From an uncultured Bifidobacterium sp. (lineage in GTDB: Bacteria; Actinomycetota; Actinomycetes; S36-B12; UBA5976), in the NCBI GenBank assembly GCA_964639395.1, contig CAZXCT010000002.1:11925-51184 (forward strand): a DNA stretch of 39,260 nt, read 5' to 3'. Numbering within the stretch: position 1 is the first letter of the stretch; each line of letters opens with the position of its first letter. This document shows positions 37,033-39,260 of this stretch, piece after piece. Made by a program: the position numbers and the translations under genes. Below the pieces are notes generated by a model, which was not told the DNA's origin, ran no database searches, and worked only from the letters and a program-made list of their open reading frames with translations.

Positions 37033-38189
37033 TATGCCTTCACTTTTTTAGATTTAAAGTGCTGCTTGAGTTCAGGTTCACTTCTTAAACAGCTCAAGAT
37101 TACTCCTATTGCAACTAACACAAAAATCAAAGAAGAACCGCCATAAGAAACAAGTGGCAGTGGTACCCCAGTAATTGGCAAAATACCAAGAACTCCACCT
37201 AGGTTAATAAGAGATTGAAATAAGAACCAACCCGCAACGCCAGCTGCAACTAATCTTGTGAAATTATTACTTGTTTTTCGAGCTAAATGCAGTAAAGCAA
37301 TTGTTAAGGTAGCAATTAAAAATAAAATTAGAAAAGTTCCGATCAATCCGAGCTCTTCCCCTACTACTGCAAAAATAAAATCAGTATGAGCAGCTGGTAA
37401 CCATCCCCACTTTTGTTTAGAGGCGCCAAGTCCTAACCCAAACAATCCACCCTCTGCTAGCGCATATTTACCTTGAATAATTTGCCAGCCAGCACCTTCC
37501 GGATCTGCTTCCGGATCTAACCAAGCGATCCAGCGTGCCATTCGATACGGCGCCTGAATTGAAAGTACCGCAATCGCAACTACTCCTAGTAAAAAATTCA
37601 CCAAATTTAAAACTAACGGAGCGCCCAGCGCAAAATAAACTGCCAAAACTATCGGCACAATAATGATGGCTGTACCAATATCTCCTTGCGCAAGCACAAG
37701 TACCGCAATCGCCATTCCGACCCAATAGACCGGATACAGTAATTGCCCCCAAGTTAAAACTGCCGTTTTACTTTTTTTACCTAATATTGCAGCAGCCCAA
37801 ATAATAAATGCTAATTTGGCAAATTCACTCGGCTGAAGTCTGAAGGGTCCAAATAGGTCGATCCAATTTCGCTGACCGGCTACCGCTACCCCGATGCCAG
37901 GTATCAAAACCAATAGCAACAAAACAAAGGCAGAAAAAATCAGCAGGTTTGACCATCTAATAAAAAACGTCACCGGAAGTTTTGAGGTTATATACATCAA
38001 CGACAAGCCAATAGCCGCAAAAAGTAACTGCTTTAGCGCTATTTCATATTGATTACCTGTTTGGTTAAACGATATTGAAGTAGAGGCAGACAGCACCATA
38101 ATTAAACCTATGGCTAAAAGTGACATAGAAGAGATTAGTGTTGCATAGTAGATATTGAGAAAAGTTATTTTTTGCTTTGTTTTACTCAT
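37032..38189 (-). CDS. ftsW: SEDS-family peptidoglycan polymerase / cell division protein FtsW
   Basis: 385 aa, polytopic. RLQPSEFAKLAFIIW, HTDFIFAVVGEELG and PLPLVSYGGSS motifs. Confidence 0.93.
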   Translation of the reverse strand: MSKTKQKITFLNIYYATLISSMSLLAIGLIMVLSASTSISFNQTGNQYEIALKQLLFAAIGLSLMYITSKLPVTFFIRWSNLLIFSAFVLLLLVLIPGIGVAVAGQRNWIDLFGPFRLQPSEFAKLAFIIWAAAILGKKSKTAVLTWGQLLYPVYWVGMAIAVLVLAQGDIGTAIIIVPIVLAVYFALGAPLVLNLVNFLLGVVAIAVLSIQAPYRMARWIAWLDPEADPEGAGWQIIQGKYALAEGGLFGLGLGASKQKWGWLPAAHTDFIFAVVGEELGLIGTFLILFLIATLTIALLHLARKTSNNFTRLVAAGVAGWFLFQSLINLGGVLGILPITGVPLPLVSYGGSSLIFVLVAIGVILSCLRSEPELKQHFKSKKVKA

Positions 38190-39260
38190 GTCAGCTTTCG
38201 CACCGCATCAGCAAAGGCAGTTCCGCGGTGTTTATAGTCTTTAAACATATCCCACGATGCGCAACCCGGAGCCAGCAAAACTACATCGTTTGGCCTTGCT
38301 GCCGCAAATGCCTTTTCAACAACTAAAGCCATAGCGGCTTGGTCATTTTCTTCTACTTCAAAAATAGGTGTATCACTAGAGTACTTAACTATACTTTCGC
38401 GAATTAAATCTCTATCTTGACCAAGTAACACAACGGCTCTGAATCTACCGCTATGTTTTTTAATTAACTCGGTAAAGTCTTGACCTTTAGCTAGCCCGCC
38501 TGCTATCCATACAACACTTTGATAGGCACTCAATGAAGCGTCAGCTGCATGGGTGTTAGTCGCCTTTGAGTCATCAATAAAACGTATTTCATTTATTTCT
38601 CTAACGAAAGATATTCGGTGAGGCGCTGCCTGAAAGCTTCGTAACCCGTCCCGCACCATTTGTGGCTCAACTCCAATAGATCTCGCCAATGCCGCTGCCG
38701 CTAAGGCGTTTGCAACATTGTGTGGTGCAAATGGTTGTATGTCTGAAAAACTTGCTAATTCTTGTCCGTAATCTTTGCGGTTCTCGATGAAGGCACGATC
38801 TACCAACACATCATCAATTACGCCTAGCATCGAAACGCTAGGGGCTCCCAAGGTAAAACCAATCGCTCTCGCCCCCGGCTGCACCTCGGCCGCTTCTACC
38901 ATTTTTTCAGTAACTGGGTCATCGACGTTATAAACACAAGCAAGCTGAGTGTTGTGATAGATCTTTGCTTTCGCATCCCGATAGTTTTCGTAACCATCAA
39001 AAAAATCCAAGTGATCTTGCGCCAAATTCAAAACCGCCGCCGCGGTAGGTGCCATCGAATATACAAAAGGTAATTGTGGCGCACCAACTTCAACCGCTAA
39101 AACTTGTGCTGGATCTGGGTCCATCATTGCGCTGACGATTGACTCACCAATGTTTCCGACTGCGGCAACTTTAAGGCCACTGGTTTGCAAAATACTAGCT
39201 AACATGAAAGTAGCGGTGGTTTTTCCGTTTGTTCCAGTAATACATAACCAGGGCGCAGGA
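38186..39260 (-). CDS. murD: UDP-N-acetylmuramoylalanine--D-glutamate ligase, C-terminal ~357 codons (5' end off the right edge)
   Basis: The frame stays open to 39260. Hand translation of the last bases gives ...ITGTNGKTTATFMLASILQ (Mur ligase P-loop). ATGA overlap with ftsW. Confidence 0.93.
   Translation of the reverse strand, partial: PAPWLCITGTNGKTTATFMLASILQTSGLKVAAVGNIGESIVSAMMDPDPAQVLAVEVGAPQLPFVYSMAPTAAAVLNLAQDHLDFFDGYENYRDAKAKIYHNTQLACVYNVDDPVTEKMVEAAEVQPGARAIGFTLGAPSVSMLGVIDDVLVDRAFIENRKDYGQELASFSDIQPFAPHNVANALAAAALARSIGVEPQMVRDGLRSFQAAPHRISFVREINEIRFIDDSKATNTHAADASLSAYQSVVWIAGGLAKGQDFTELIKKHSGRFRAVVLLGQDRDLIRESIVKYSSDTPIFEVEENDQAAMALVVEKAFAAARPNDVVLLAPGCASWDMFKDYKHRGTAFADAVRKLT

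Overview
The window is an extremely gene-dense chromosomal core segment. By my gene calls only about 840 nt of 39,260 are intergenic. Gene content and order are typical of Actinobacteria, and the AT-rich, streamlined look suggests a small-genome freshwater lineage, but that is a guess. Gene order from left to right: gltB (partial) <- VIT-family transporter <- DsbA-like <- trpA <- trpB <- trpC <- 62-aa HGxxPAAW membrane protein <- trpE <- hisI <- hisF <- hisA/priA <- hisH <- hisB <- hisC <- hisD | -> Lon-N-domain protein | <- dnaE <- rluD-like <- lspA | -> ileS | <- divIVA <- yggT <- sepF <- yggS <- pgeF <- ftsZ | -> pntAA pntAB pntB, two PD-(D/E)XK nuclease genes, gabD-like dehydrogenase | <- ftsQ <- murC <- murG <- ftsW <- murD (partial). 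I saw no rRNA, tRNA, CRISPR array, transposase, integrase or long repeat. The best candidate for something undescribed is the translationally coupled nuclease pair at 29603-32336. It encodes three Cas4/AddB-type four-cysteine (iron-sulfur) nuclease-like domains, one apparently degenerate, with no helicase, ATPase or cas partner. The larger protein ends in an SSB-tail-like DDVPF. The pair sits inside a roughly 7.35 kb opposite-strand block (pnt genes, nucleases, gabD-like) that splits the normally contiguous ftsQ-ftsZ junction of the dcw cluster. Secondary observations: hisH has no canonical start codon (ATGA junction mutated to ATAA); the his and trp genes are fused into one array with no room for a trp attenuator; three convergent gene pairs share 4-nt stop-stop overlaps; several genes look leaderless. 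All product calls rest on my reading of the supplied translations. No database search was run.
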